Source: an uncultured Gammaproteobacteria bacterium | GTDB taxonomy: Bacteria > Patescibacteriota > Microgenomatia > Daviesbacterales > UBA10151 | Direction of reading: 5' to 3' | DNA: 32,000 bases | Assembly: GCA_964360965.1 (NCBI GenBank) | Contig: CAYHYM010000001.1 | Coordinates: forward strand, 30,001 to 62,000 | Shown: piece by piece, positions 24,522 to 32,000 of the stretch | How positions within the stretch are numbered: position 1 is the first letter of the stretch | How the letters are laid out: each line of letters opens with the position of its first letter | The notes under the pieces: model-generated | Database searches by the model: none | What the model was told of the DNA's origin: nothing | The model's input: only the letters and a program-made list of their open reading frames with translations | Made by a program: the position numbers and the translations under genes

Positions 24522-26231
24522 TTATTCCCAGGCCAGAGTTTTTCTGGATAGTCTGGCCAGTTCAATTTTGGCCCTGCCTTTAAAATATCCTCCCTCTTTT
24601 AAATGCTGACGCAGTTTTTCCGCCAAAAAATCCCCAGCCAAAATTTCCGGCACAATCACAAAATCAGCTCCCTTTTTATACAAAATTTTGGCATCAAGAG
24701 GAGTTTCTGCCCGGACAACAACAGGTACCCTGATATGTCTTGAGCGGACCTCTTCCAAAAGAGTAAGATTATCCTCCACACCCGGGGCTGTCGATATAAT
24801 CATCCTGGCCTCTTTTAAAAATAAGGCATCTAAAACTTCAGGATCACTCATGTCCCCATAAATAACTTTCACTCCCATCTTTTGTAAATCCTCTATCTGG
24901 GTGGGGTTAAAATCCAAAACAATATGCCCTATCCTTTCCTTTTTTAAAAATTTGATAATCTCTCCCCCCACCCGGTGTCCTCCAATTACCACCACATGAC
25001 CGCGTAAATTTTCACCAATCCTTACTCTTTCCAAAAAATGATGGTAGTTTTTCCTCTCAAAAAAAGTAAAAAGAGAGGACAAATGTTTATAAATTACACT
25101 TGAGTGTGAGATTAAAATGGATGAGATAATCATCGAGGCCACCCCTGTGAGAGCTATTACTGTCAACGCAGCAGTTGAAGCAACCCCCATCTTCACCCCC
25201 ACCAAAATTACAATCAAAGAAAACTCAGACACCTGAGAAAGGTTAATGGAAGTTTGGAATAGAGTATGTTTGCGAAATCCAAAAATACCCAAAATCAGCA
25301 TAAAAAGAACAGGCTTTATCAAAACAGCATAACTTACAAACAACAAAACCGTTGGTAAAACTTCTCTAATTTGAGAAAAATTAACCTGGGTGCCAAGATA
25401 GACAAAAAAGAGGGTGATAAAAAAATCTCTTAAGGGTTTAACTTTGCCTTGAATTTGAAAATGATAAGGCGAGGCAGCCAAAGCCACTCCTGCCAAAAAT
25501 GCCCCTATCATCACGGAAAAACCCAAAAAAATAGAAAATGACACAAAAATAAAACACCAGGAAAGAGCTGTTAAAAATAGCAGTTCTCCTGATTTGGCCA
25601 CAGCGGAAAAAACAGCCGTCAGCAGATAACGATTAAGTAAAAATGCCGATCCAAAAAGTAGCAAAACCTTGGCCACAAAGGTAATTACAGGAATAGTCTG
25701 CTGCAATCCCAATCCCAAAAAAGAGGGAGAAACAGTTAAGGCCAAAAGCACCAGCACTGCCAGCAAATCTTCCAAAATAAGTATCCCCAAAGCCAGTTTT
25801 CCATATAAAGAGGTTAAATCTTTTTTATCAAGCAGCAGTTTGACTACCACGATGGTGGATGAAAAAGACAATCCTAACCCCAAATACCAGGATTCAGCAT
25901 CAGAAAAGCCAAAGTTTTTTGCCAGAGACGATCCTAAAATTGTGGTTATGATAATCTGGAAAAGAGCCGATACAATAATGGGCTTGCCTAAATTTTTTAC
26001 CTCTCTTAAATCAAGCTCCATGCCCACCAGAAAAAGCACAAAAGCTATTCCAATCTCCGGTAAAAAAGATAAAGCTTGTGAGCCTTGAAAATCAAATAAG
26101 GTAGAAGAAGCAAGAATCAATCCTCCAAAAAGATAGGCTACCAAAAGCGGCAGGCTAAATTTATGGGTTACAAAACCCAAAACTGATGATAAACCTAATA
26201 TGATAGCCAGTTGTATGAAAATGTTATCCAT
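24522..26231 (-). CDS. Cation:proton antiporter (CPA2/Kef-type) with C-terminal RCK/TrkA-N domain
   Basis: 569 aa ORF with about 12 TM helices, followed by the Rossmann motif HVVVIGGHRVGGEI. Confidence 0.85.
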   Translation of the reverse strand: MDNIFIQLAIILGLSSVLGFVTHKFSLPLLVAYLFGGLILASSTLFDFQGSQALSFLPEIGIAFVLFLVGMELDLREVKNLGKPIIVSALFQIIITTILGSSLAKNFGFSDAESWYLGLGLSFSSTIVVVKLLLDKKDLTSLYGKLALGILILEDLLAVLVLLALTVSPSFLGLGLQQTIPVITFVAKVLLLFGSAFLLNRYLLTAVFSAVAKSGELLFLTALSWCFIFVSFSIFLGFSVMIGAFLAGVALAASPYHFQIQGKVKPLRDFFITLFFVYLGTQVNFSQIREVLPTVLLFVSYAVLIKPVLFMLILGIFGFRKHTLFQTSINLSQVSEFSLIVILVGVKMGVASTAALTVIALTGVASMIISSILISHSSVIYKHLSSLFTFFERKNYHHFLERVRIGENLRGHVVVIGGHRVGGEIIKFLKKERIGHIVLDFNPTQIEDLQKMGVKVIYGDMSDPEVLDALFLKEARMIISTAPGVEDNLTLLEEVRSRHIRVPVVVRAETPLDAKILYKKGADFVIVPEILAGDFLAEKLRQHLKEGGYFKGRAKIELARLSRKTLAWE

Positions 26232-26296
26232 ATTTTTTTGGACTAATTCGGTACATATCTTGACTTGTTAATTTAGTATGTCTGCCGAATTGTCCA

Positions 26297-27082
26297 TTAC
26301 GAACTTTCTTCTTTTAAATAAGTTAACGCAATTTTTAAATCATCTGGCAATGGGCTTTCCACCTCCATCCATTCCCCACTCACTGGATGATAAAATCCAA
26401 TCTTTTTAGCATGTAAAAACTGTCTATGTACCCATCTGTGATCAAGCCTCACCATCTTACGGCCGACATATTTCTCGTCCGCCACTATTGGGTGTCCCGT
26501 ATATTTTAAATGTACCCTAATTTGATGTGTCCGTCCAGTTTTTGGTCTTACGACCAAAAAAGTAAACAGGTTATAGTGAATAGTTGACAGTTTTCTGAAT
26601 TGTATTTTGTTGAAATCATTAAAAATTGTTTGTAACTTGGTTATTGGTAATTGGTAATTACCTATAGGTTCGTACTCTGTCACAGCCTGTCGTGCCTCCA
26701 GTGCCTCCAGGGGGACGCCTTGGAGGCTTGCAGTGAATTTTTCTCTTTTAAATGGATTCCTGGCAATGGCAGCATCAATTACTCCACCCTGTTCAATTCT
26801 TCCATGCACCAAGGCTAAATATTCTTTTTTAGTTTTTCTTTCTTTAAATTGGGCTTGTAAATTTTCTAAAGCTTGTTGAGTTTTAGCTACCAACAAAACT
26901 CCCGAGGTATCTTTATCTAATCTATGAACTGCCCCACCTCTCTCAAGGTTAATACCATGCTCTTTCTGTAAAATCTCTGCAAGTGTCACTTCTTTTTGAG
27001 TCTCAGATGGAGTGACAACTAAACCAGGTGGTTTATCTACTACCAGAAGAGAATTATCTTGATATATAATCTTTAAAGCCAT
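26297..27082 (-). CDS. RluA-family 23S rRNA pseudouridine synthase (RluD-like, no S4 domain)
   Basis: Motifs are VVDKPPGLVV, HRLDKDTSGVLLVAK (catalytic Asp) and KTGRTHQIRVHL. Confidence 0.9.
   Translation of the reverse strand: MALKIIYQDNSLLVVDKPPGLVVTPSETQKEVTLAEILQKEHGINLERGGAVHRLDKDTSGVLLVAKTQQALENLQAQFKERKTKKEYLALVHGRIEQGGVIDAAIARNPFKREKFTASLQGVPLEALEARQAVTEYEPIGNYQLPITKLQTIFNDFNKIQFRKLSTIHYNLFTFLVVRPKTGRTHQIRVHLKYTGHPIVADEKYVGRKMVRLDHRWVHRQFLHAKKIGFYHPVSGEWMEVESPLPDDLKIALTYLKEESS
26637..26657. repeat. Three tandem heptamers TTGGTWA inside the rluD-like CDS
   Basis: The sequence reads ttggtta ttggtaa ttggtaa. It resembles the TTNGTAG heptamers at 17936-17970. Confidence 0.7.
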
Positions 27083-27085
27083 ACC

Positions 27086-27463
27086 TTAAGATTTCTGTAG
27101 GTAGGAGTGTATTTCAGATAAAACCTGGTCAGGATTTAGAGCAGATTTGATCAGATATCCTGAGGCTCCCAGGTCAGAGCACTGCTTTATCACACCATCT
27201 TGTCCCAGATTTGTTAAAATGACAATCTGACCATTATTTTGTTTTGGGGGAGTTATTTTTAAATCTCGCAAAATTTGCAGTCCGTCTTTTTTGGGCAGCA
27301 TAATATCCAAAAGCACTAGATTATACCCACCCTGGGAAATTTTTTGTAAAGCCACTTCCCCGTCTGCAGCCACATCAACCAGATATCCTTCCCCCTGCAG
27401 CAGTTCCTGATAAAATTCCCGCAAGAATTGATCATCCTCAACAATTAAAATTTTTTCTTTCAT
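27086..27463 (-). CDS. Single-domain response regulator (CheY-like receiver)
   Basis: Motifs are ILIVEDD, LVLLDIMLPKKDG and the LTN..G...K pattern. Confidence 0.9.
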   Translation of the reverse strand: MKEKILIVEDDQFLREFYQELLQGEGYLVDVAADGEVALQKISQGGYNLVLLDIMLPKKDGLQILRDLKITPPKQNNGQIVILTNLGQDGVIKQCSDLGASGYLIKSALNPDQVLSEIHSYLQKS

Positions 27464-27542
27464 AAATTATAATGATTATAACGCATCGCGTTACAAGAAG
27501 CGATGCGATGTAATCGCAGAGCGATTATAACAGTTATAAAAA

Positions 27543-29015
27543 TTACAAAGCAACTGGTTCCAATCCTCTAACCTCTTCTTTGGGCTTGATATGATATTTT
27601 TCAGATTGATCAAGCACATCAGCGCTGGCCACAGGCAAAGAAAAAGTAAAAGTGGCGCCCTTACCCAAACCATCTGAGAAGGCCCAAATCCTGCCATGCA
27701 TGAGATTTACCAAACTTTTGCAAATATAAAGTCCCAAACCTGTTCCGCCTGATGTTCCCATGGCTACATAGGAGTTATCCAACCTGCCAAATTTGGTAAA
27801 AAGTTGTCCCAAATCCTCTTTGGCAATGCCTGAGCCTGAGTCTTTAACTGAAGTTTCAATAATCTGCCCGTCACCAAAAAATGAGATGCTAATTTTGCCT
27901 CCTGAGGGGGTAAATTTTAAAGAGTTTCCCAGCAGATTCAAAAGCACCTGATGCACTTTATTACGATCGGCAAATATTTTTGGTATTGGGGTGCTCAAAA
28001 TTTCAATTGTAATATTTCTCTCCTGGGCTCTGGGTTTTACCTCTTCCATCACCTCATTTACTAAAATGACCATATCATACTCTTGCGGGTTTATCTCTAT
28101 CCTACCCGCTTCAATCCTGGAAATGTTTAACATGTCAGAAACCAGATTAATCAATCTTTCTGTTGAAATCAAGGTCCTCTGAAGGTATTTTTTTAATTTT
28201 TCTGTTAAGGGAATATCAGGTCTGTTTAAGGCCATCCAGATATAGGAACGAATCGCTGTCATGGGTGTTCTTAGCTCGTGAGAAGTAACAGAAACAAAAT
28301 CATCTTTTAGTTGATCTAACTGTTGAAGTCTGGTATTTGCAGTAACCAGTTGTCGACTAGTATCTTTTAGATTCTGATAAAGAAAGGCGTTATCAAGTGC
28401 TCTAGAGACTTCCGCAGTAAACTCTTCCATAATAAGAATTTCTAAAGCTGACAGTTTTTCTTTCTCTTTGGTAGATGAGTATTCTAAGATTCCTACCACC
28501 TCACCTCTTATTAATATTGGGTAAAGAAAAATGCTTTTTAGTCTCCATAATCTTTGAATTTTAGCTGATATTTCTGAAGGCAAAACTCCTTTTTGAATAT
28601 CATATAAATTTCTAGTATGTAGAGGCGTTTTATCTAGGACTACTTTGGTGAATAAGTTCTCTGTATTGGAAAGTGGAACGATCTGTTCTTTAAATTTTAC
28701 TGGCAACATATCATGTAAAGTCTGGGTCGAGTCTGAATCTAGAGATATAGCAATTCGTTTTATTATTTGAGCTTCCTTATCAACTAGCGCAAGGATAGCA
28801 AAAGTAAATCCCAGCTCTTTGTGAATTACTTCTACTATACCTTGGTATAAAGATTCAATTTCCGGGCTAGAAATTACTAACTTATCTAAGCTTCTTAAAG
28901 CTTTTAAAAGCCTATTCTGAGAAGATAATTGAGAATATTTTGAAGCAATAATTCTTATACCCACTAGAGCGGAAATGATGATTGTTATAATGATGAACAG
29001 AGCAGGTATTACCAC
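27543..29015 (-). CDS. Sensor histidine kinase (TM + GAF-like + HisKA + HATPase_c)
   Basis: GTG start. The H-box is SHELRTPMTAIRSY. The N-box LLNLLGNSLKFT and G-boxes DSGSGI and GGTGLGLYICK are present. Confidence 0.9.
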   Translation of the reverse strand: MVIPALFIIITIIISALVGIRIIASKYSQLSSQNRLLKALRSLDKLVISSPEIESLYQGIVEVIHKELGFTFAILALVDKEAQIIKRIAISLDSDSTQTLHDMLPVKFKEQIVPLSNTENLFTKVVLDKTPLHTRNLYDIQKGVLPSEISAKIQRLWRLKSIFLYPILIRGEVVGILEYSSTKEKEKLSALEILIMEEFTAEVSRALDNAFLYQNLKDTSRQLVTANTRLQQLDQLKDDFVSVTSHELRTPMTAIRSYIWMALNRPDIPLTEKLKKYLQRTLISTERLINLVSDMLNISRIEAGRIEINPQEYDMVILVNEVMEEVKPRAQERNITIEILSTPIPKIFADRNKVHQVLLNLLGNSLKFTPSGGKISISFFGDGQIIETSVKDSGSGIAKEDLGQLFTKFGRLDNSYVAMGTSGGTGLGLYICKSLVNLMHGRIWAFSDGLGKGATFTFSLPVASADVLDQSEKYHIKPKEEVRGLEPVAL

Positions 29016-29029
29016 ACAATTAGTATAAC

Positions 29030-29953
29030 CTATTTTGTTAAGCGTCTTTTTATAAAACCAACTATGTTTTCAGCATGAGCTTCTTTATTTACATGATTAG
29101 GTTTATTTAAGTCAGGAAAAAACCTCCTAAAACTTAAAGGGTGTTGATTTCCCCATCGCATTAATTTTGGCTGTTCTCCTGTTAAATCAATTACGGTCGA
29201 AGAAGCTGCTGCATCAATTTTAGGAGATTTTGGGGGAATTTTGTTAAATACCACAAAACCATCCACTCTTGATCCTATCTCTTCATATAATTGGTGCTGG
29301 GCTGCTACAGAATAAACATTTTTCCCCGTAGGATTGGCTGAAGTTCCCGCTACGACTTTACCATATCTTGTGGATAGCTCCCATAAAGTATTATTATAGC
29401 TATCATTAGGATCCTGCCAATCACTTGCTCCTAAAACAAGTACAGTCCTACCAAATGGTTTGGCATCTGTTACCTGAATAGGTAAAGAATCTTGAGCCAT
29501 TAGAAGTAGCCCTACTGAATTATTTTCAAAAAGTAATCCTATTACTTGATTTAAATGGTCTTTGGTAGGATTACTAATATCTAATAATCTTCTTGCTGCT
29601 TCAACTAGCGGTTTTGATTCTTCCGTTTTAGCCACATAATGAGTTGACTCTGGCAAACACCCAATACCTAATACTTGGCGTTGAGGTCTACCTTTAATTT
29701 CATTGAGTGCAGCTGTTGCTAAGGGATTATCAAAAACACCTACCAAAATCATAATCCTCCTACTTTCTGCCCCCCAAGGCATAACCACTACTCCCCCTGC
29801 AGCAATTAAAGCTGCAACCTCTTTTGCATCTTCTTGCCCAGGATGAAAGATTTTACCTCGTCTGCCATCTTTTCTCCTTTGAGCAATGTATTCTTTGTTT
29901 ACCTCTAAACTAGCTAAAGCTGCAGGGGCTAGCTTTCGACCAATTTGAACCAT
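29030..29953 (-). CDS. YrdC/Sua5 (TsaC-like) domain protein, divergent
   Basis: Motifs are IKGRPQRQVLGI, GTSANPTGKN and SSTVIDLTGEQPKLMRWG. It is longer than a plain YrdC domain. Confidence 0.6.
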   Translation of the reverse strand: MVQIGRKLAPAALASLEVNKEYIAQRRKDGRRGKIFHPGQEDAKEVAALIAAGGVVVMPWGAESRRIMILVGVFDNPLATAALNEIKGRPQRQVLGIGCLPESTHYVAKTEESKPLVEAARRLLDISNPTKDHLNQVIGLLFENNSVGLLLMAQDSLPIQVTDAKPFGRTVLVLGASDWQDPNDSYNNTLWELSTRYGKVVAGTSANPTGKNVYSVAAQHQLYEEIGSRVDGFVVFNKIPPKSPKIDAAASSTVIDLTGEQPKLMRWGNQHPLSFRRFFPDLNKPNHVNKEAHAENIVGFIKRRLTK

Positions 29954-29959
29954 AGTTAA

Positions 29960-29987
29960 ATTTTACAACAAAATCTGTATTTGACAA
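29960..29987 (-). promoter_or_regulatory. Promoter TTGTCA-16-TAAAAT, 6 nt upstream of the ATG at 29953 (leaderless)
   Basis: The minus strand reads ttgtca-aatacagattttgttg-taaaat-ttaact-ATG. The same TTGACA palindrome can serve the divergent plus-strand gene. Confidence 0.5.
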
Positions 29988-30033
29988 AATTTGCTATGTA
30001 TGCCCATTATAGTATTAGAGGGGGTGATAAAAA

Positions 30034-30363
30034 TTGGATTTATTATGGTATTTTCTGGCAGGATTTTTTCATTTCAATGCCCTGCCCCATCTTTTTAAAG
30101 GCATCACCGGACAGACTCACATGACTCCTTTTGCCAGGGTGTCATCACCGGTGGTAAATGTGATATGGGCCTTTGTCAGTTTCGGGATGGCAGCTTTTAT
30201 TTTGGGAATGGTCACAGGTAAAGGAGGTTTGGTGCTACCCTGGGATGCCAATCTGATGGATCTGAATTTGTTGGCCTATTTTGGGGGAGCTTTGGTAGTG
30301 GCTTTGTATCTGGCCTGGTTTTGGTCTAATCCCAAAGCCAGACTGCCCTGGCAGACTGACTGA
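30034..30363 (+). CDS. Small membrane protein (3 TM)
   Basis: 109 aa ORF with a TTG start. A strong SD (GAGGGGGTGA) lies 6 nt upstream. Confidence 0.5.
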   Translation: MDLLWYFLAGFFHFNALPHLFKGITGQTHMTPFARVSSPVVNVIWAFVSFGMAAFILGMVTGKGGLVLPWDANLMDLNLLAYFGGALVVALYLAWFWSNPKARLPWQTD

Positions 30364-30379
30364 TTGGTGAACAATCCTT

Positions 30380-30739
30380 CTATTTTGACATTTTCTTAGA
30401 ACAAGAAAGGCACAAAGTAGCTGTGGGCATGGCCAGCAGCCTGGCTGTTTCAATATGCTTGGGGCATTTTAAACAATGGCCATAAGTGCCATTTTTAATC
30501 CTGAAAAGTGCCTCTTTTACATCCTGGGCAAAAGTTTTAAGACCTGCTACCAAAGCAATAGTTCTCAAATGAGCCTGAGCCAAAAAAGACTCTGTCCCCA
30601 ACTCAGTGGTTTCGGCAACAGAGGGAAGCTTAAGCGGATCCTCTTTTTCCACGGTTTGCAAGTTTTTCCTGACCTCCTTTTGACGGGCCAACAGCATTCT
30701 TTTAATATTATTTAAAGTTTTTTGGGGTAGTTCTAACAT
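30380..30739 (-). CDS. DksA/TraR-family C4 zinc-finger protein
   Basis: The C-terminus is CLKCPKHIETARLLAMPTATLCLSC, preceded by a coiled-coil N-terminus. A strong SD (GAGGAGGT) lies 4 nt upstream. The ORF overlaps the lgt 3' end by 32 nt. Confidence 0.75.
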   Translation of the reverse strand: MLELPQKTLNNIKRMLLARQKEVRKNLQTVEKEDPLKLPSVAETTELGTESFLAQAHLRTIALVAGLKTFAQDVKEALFRIKNGTYGHCLKCPKHIETARLLAMPTATLCLSCSKKMSK

Positions 30740-31610
30740 TGAACCTCCTCAATATTTTAGTCAAACTCCTGATATTCCAAAAAATAGCAACTGTTTGATT
30801 ATACCATTTTTTCTGCAAACCCTTTAAAAACCGCTGCCTCTTTTCCCGGCTGGTAAAGATTTCTTTTAACAAAGCAGCCAGATTTTTAACATCTTCTATT
30901 GGTGTTTTCCTGGCAATTTTATAAAACAAAAAAATTGCCAACAAAACAAGTACCAAAGATAAAAAATGTCCGCTACTCTGCCTAAAAAAATCCATGATAA
31001 ATTTGGTTCCTCCTATAAAAATTAGTACTAAACTGGCAATTTTGCCCGGAGGATGAAATTGGACGGCTTTTGGCCAAATCTTTATCAGTATTATTAAAAA
31101 AATCACAGCTTCAAAAAGCTGTACCGGCAGCCTTTTGCCTATCAAACCAACCATGGGAGTGGCAAAAAAAAGGTCGCTTTGAATCCCTGCCCCGCATCCT
31201 CCCAAGAAACAGCCTATATTACCCCAAAAAAGCCCACCCAAAAAACCAACAGATGAAATGTCTAAAACTTTCCCAAAATCGATCTTGATCATCCTGCATA
31301 AAAAAAACAGCGCTCCTGCTCCACCCCCAAAACCTCCCCAAAAAGAAAATCCCGGGTATTTGGTAATCTGGATCATTTTTAGAAAATCTGCTTGAAAAAA
31401 ATTTAAGTGTTCTATAATAAAAAATACTCTGGAAATAACAAGTCCTCCAAAAAAAGTCAGGATTAAAACGTCAAGCATCTTTTCTTCATCCATATCCCAG
31501 GCTCGGGCCAGCCTCCAGATAAGGTAAGTTGAAAATAAAAATGCCACAGCTAAAAATAAGCCAAAAGAAGAAATGGTAATTGGGCCAATTGAAAAAAGCA
31601 CCGGTAACAT
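30708..31610 (-). CDS. lgt: Prolipoprotein diacylglyceryl transferase-like membrane protein with basic C-terminal extension
   Basis: The N-terminus MLPVLFSIGPITISSFGLFLAVAFL..YLIWRLA and the multi-TM layout resemble Lgt. The central signature is divergent. Confidence 0.65.
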   Translation of the reverse strand: MLPVLFSIGPITISSFGLFLAVAFLFSTYLIWRLARAWDMDEEKMLDVLILTFFGGLVISRVFFIIEHLNFFQADFLKMIQITKYPGFSFWGGFGGGAGALFFLCRMIKIDFGKVLDISSVGFLGGLFWGNIGCFLGGCGAGIQSDLFFATPMVGLIGKRLPVQLFEAVIFLIILIKIWPKAVQFHPPGKIASLVLIFIGGTKFIMDFFRQSSGHFLSLVLVLLAIFLFYKIARKTPIEDVKNLAALLKEIFTSREKRQRFLKGLQKKWYNQTVAIFWNIRSLTKILRRFNVRTTPKNFK

Positions 31611-31682
31611 AAGTATTGTGGTAATAAAAGCCTACCATACAACCTAATTTGACGCAAATTTATCCTTTGTATTGACAAAGGT

Positions 31683-31691
31683 TGGTATACT
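31683..31691 (+). promoter_or_regulatory. Extended -10 (TGgTATACT) 6 nt upstream of the ATG at 31698 (leaderless)
   Basis: The plus strand reads tggtatact-atctta-ATG. Confidence 0.5.
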
Positions 31692-31697
31692 ATCTTA

Positions 31698-32000
31698 ATG
31701 ACCGCTACAGCACATGCTTTAGTGGGAGGAGCAATTGCCGCATCTATTTCTAATCCCGCTGTTGCCCTTCCCTTAGCTTTCATCTCCCACCCCATTTTGG
31801 ACATGATTCCTCACTGGGATCTAGGTGTAGGCTGGAGAAAGAAAAATAAAGTAACTCTATTTTTGGAATCTGTCTTGGATTTAATAATTGGAATAATTTT
31901 GGCCTATTTTATATTTGGTAAAAATGTTGATCCAATCTATTTTTTAGCTTGTATATTCTTTTCTGAAGTTTGGGATATCCTGATGATGCCATACCTTCTT
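31698..32000 (+). CDS. Membrane-bound metal-dependent hydrolase-like (YdjM/DUF457-like), 3' end outside window
   Basis: It is not in the ORF track because there is no stop in the window. The frame is open for 101 codons: MTATAHALVGGAIAASI...SHPILDMIPHWD.., followed by hydrophobic helices. Confidence 0.5.
   Translation, partial: MTATAHALVGGAIAASISNPAVALPLAFISHPILDMIPHWDLGVGWRKKNKVTLFLESVLDLIIGIILAYFIFGKNVDPIYFLACIFFSEVWDILMMPYLL

Noticed and set aside
27491-27697. 68 aa ORF spanning the HK 3' end and the HK-RR spacer.
   Set aside because: It is out of frame over the well-supported kinase HATPase domain and runs into the hairpin spacer.

Overview
AT-rich (about 40% GC by eye), very gene-dense bacterial chromosomal segment using the standard genetic code. 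I support 37 CDS and found no rRNA, tRNA or CRISPR array. Housekeeping genes: gyrB (5' truncated), gyrA, a Xer-type recombinase, ruvC, yebC, an RluA-family pseudouridine synthase, a Kef-type antiporter, a histidine kinase/receiver pair, a YrdC/Sua5-like protein, a DksA/TraR-like protein and lgt. The small-genome style, (Ser-Pro)n linkers and GC-rich mini-repeats suggest a Patescibacteria/CPR (Microgenomates-like) organism, but that is inference only. Four things stand out. (1) A co-directional minus-strand gene string (17573 down to 6210) starts with a GT-C/GT39 glycosyltransferase. It then encodes eight secreted or anchored proteins built from cohesin-like, dockerin-like, IPT/TIG and Ig-like modules with no recognisable enzyme cargo, followed by the Xer recombinase, a muramidase-type amidase and a holin-like protein. 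Five of the eight share an unusual N-terminal anchor plus a conserved LVxQxQxx[KR][SP][KR]AA motif. This is my best candidate for an undescribed cell-surface assembly system. (2) A 1.07 kb ORF-free, repeat- and hairpin-rich gap (17598-18665) lies directly upstream of that string. (3) GC-rich palindromic or tandem mini-elements appear to sit in frame inside conserved genes (yebC, gyrA, the rluD-like gene, possibly gyrB), alongside a single RAYT/IS200-like HUH transposase flanked by inverted repeats. (4) At least seven first-in-operon genes have a -10 box 6-9 nt upstream of the start codon, which implies leaderless mRNAs, while internal and small genes use a strong GGGGGT/GAGGAGG Shine-Dalgarno. 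All domain calls rest on motifs read by eye and need HMM confirmation.
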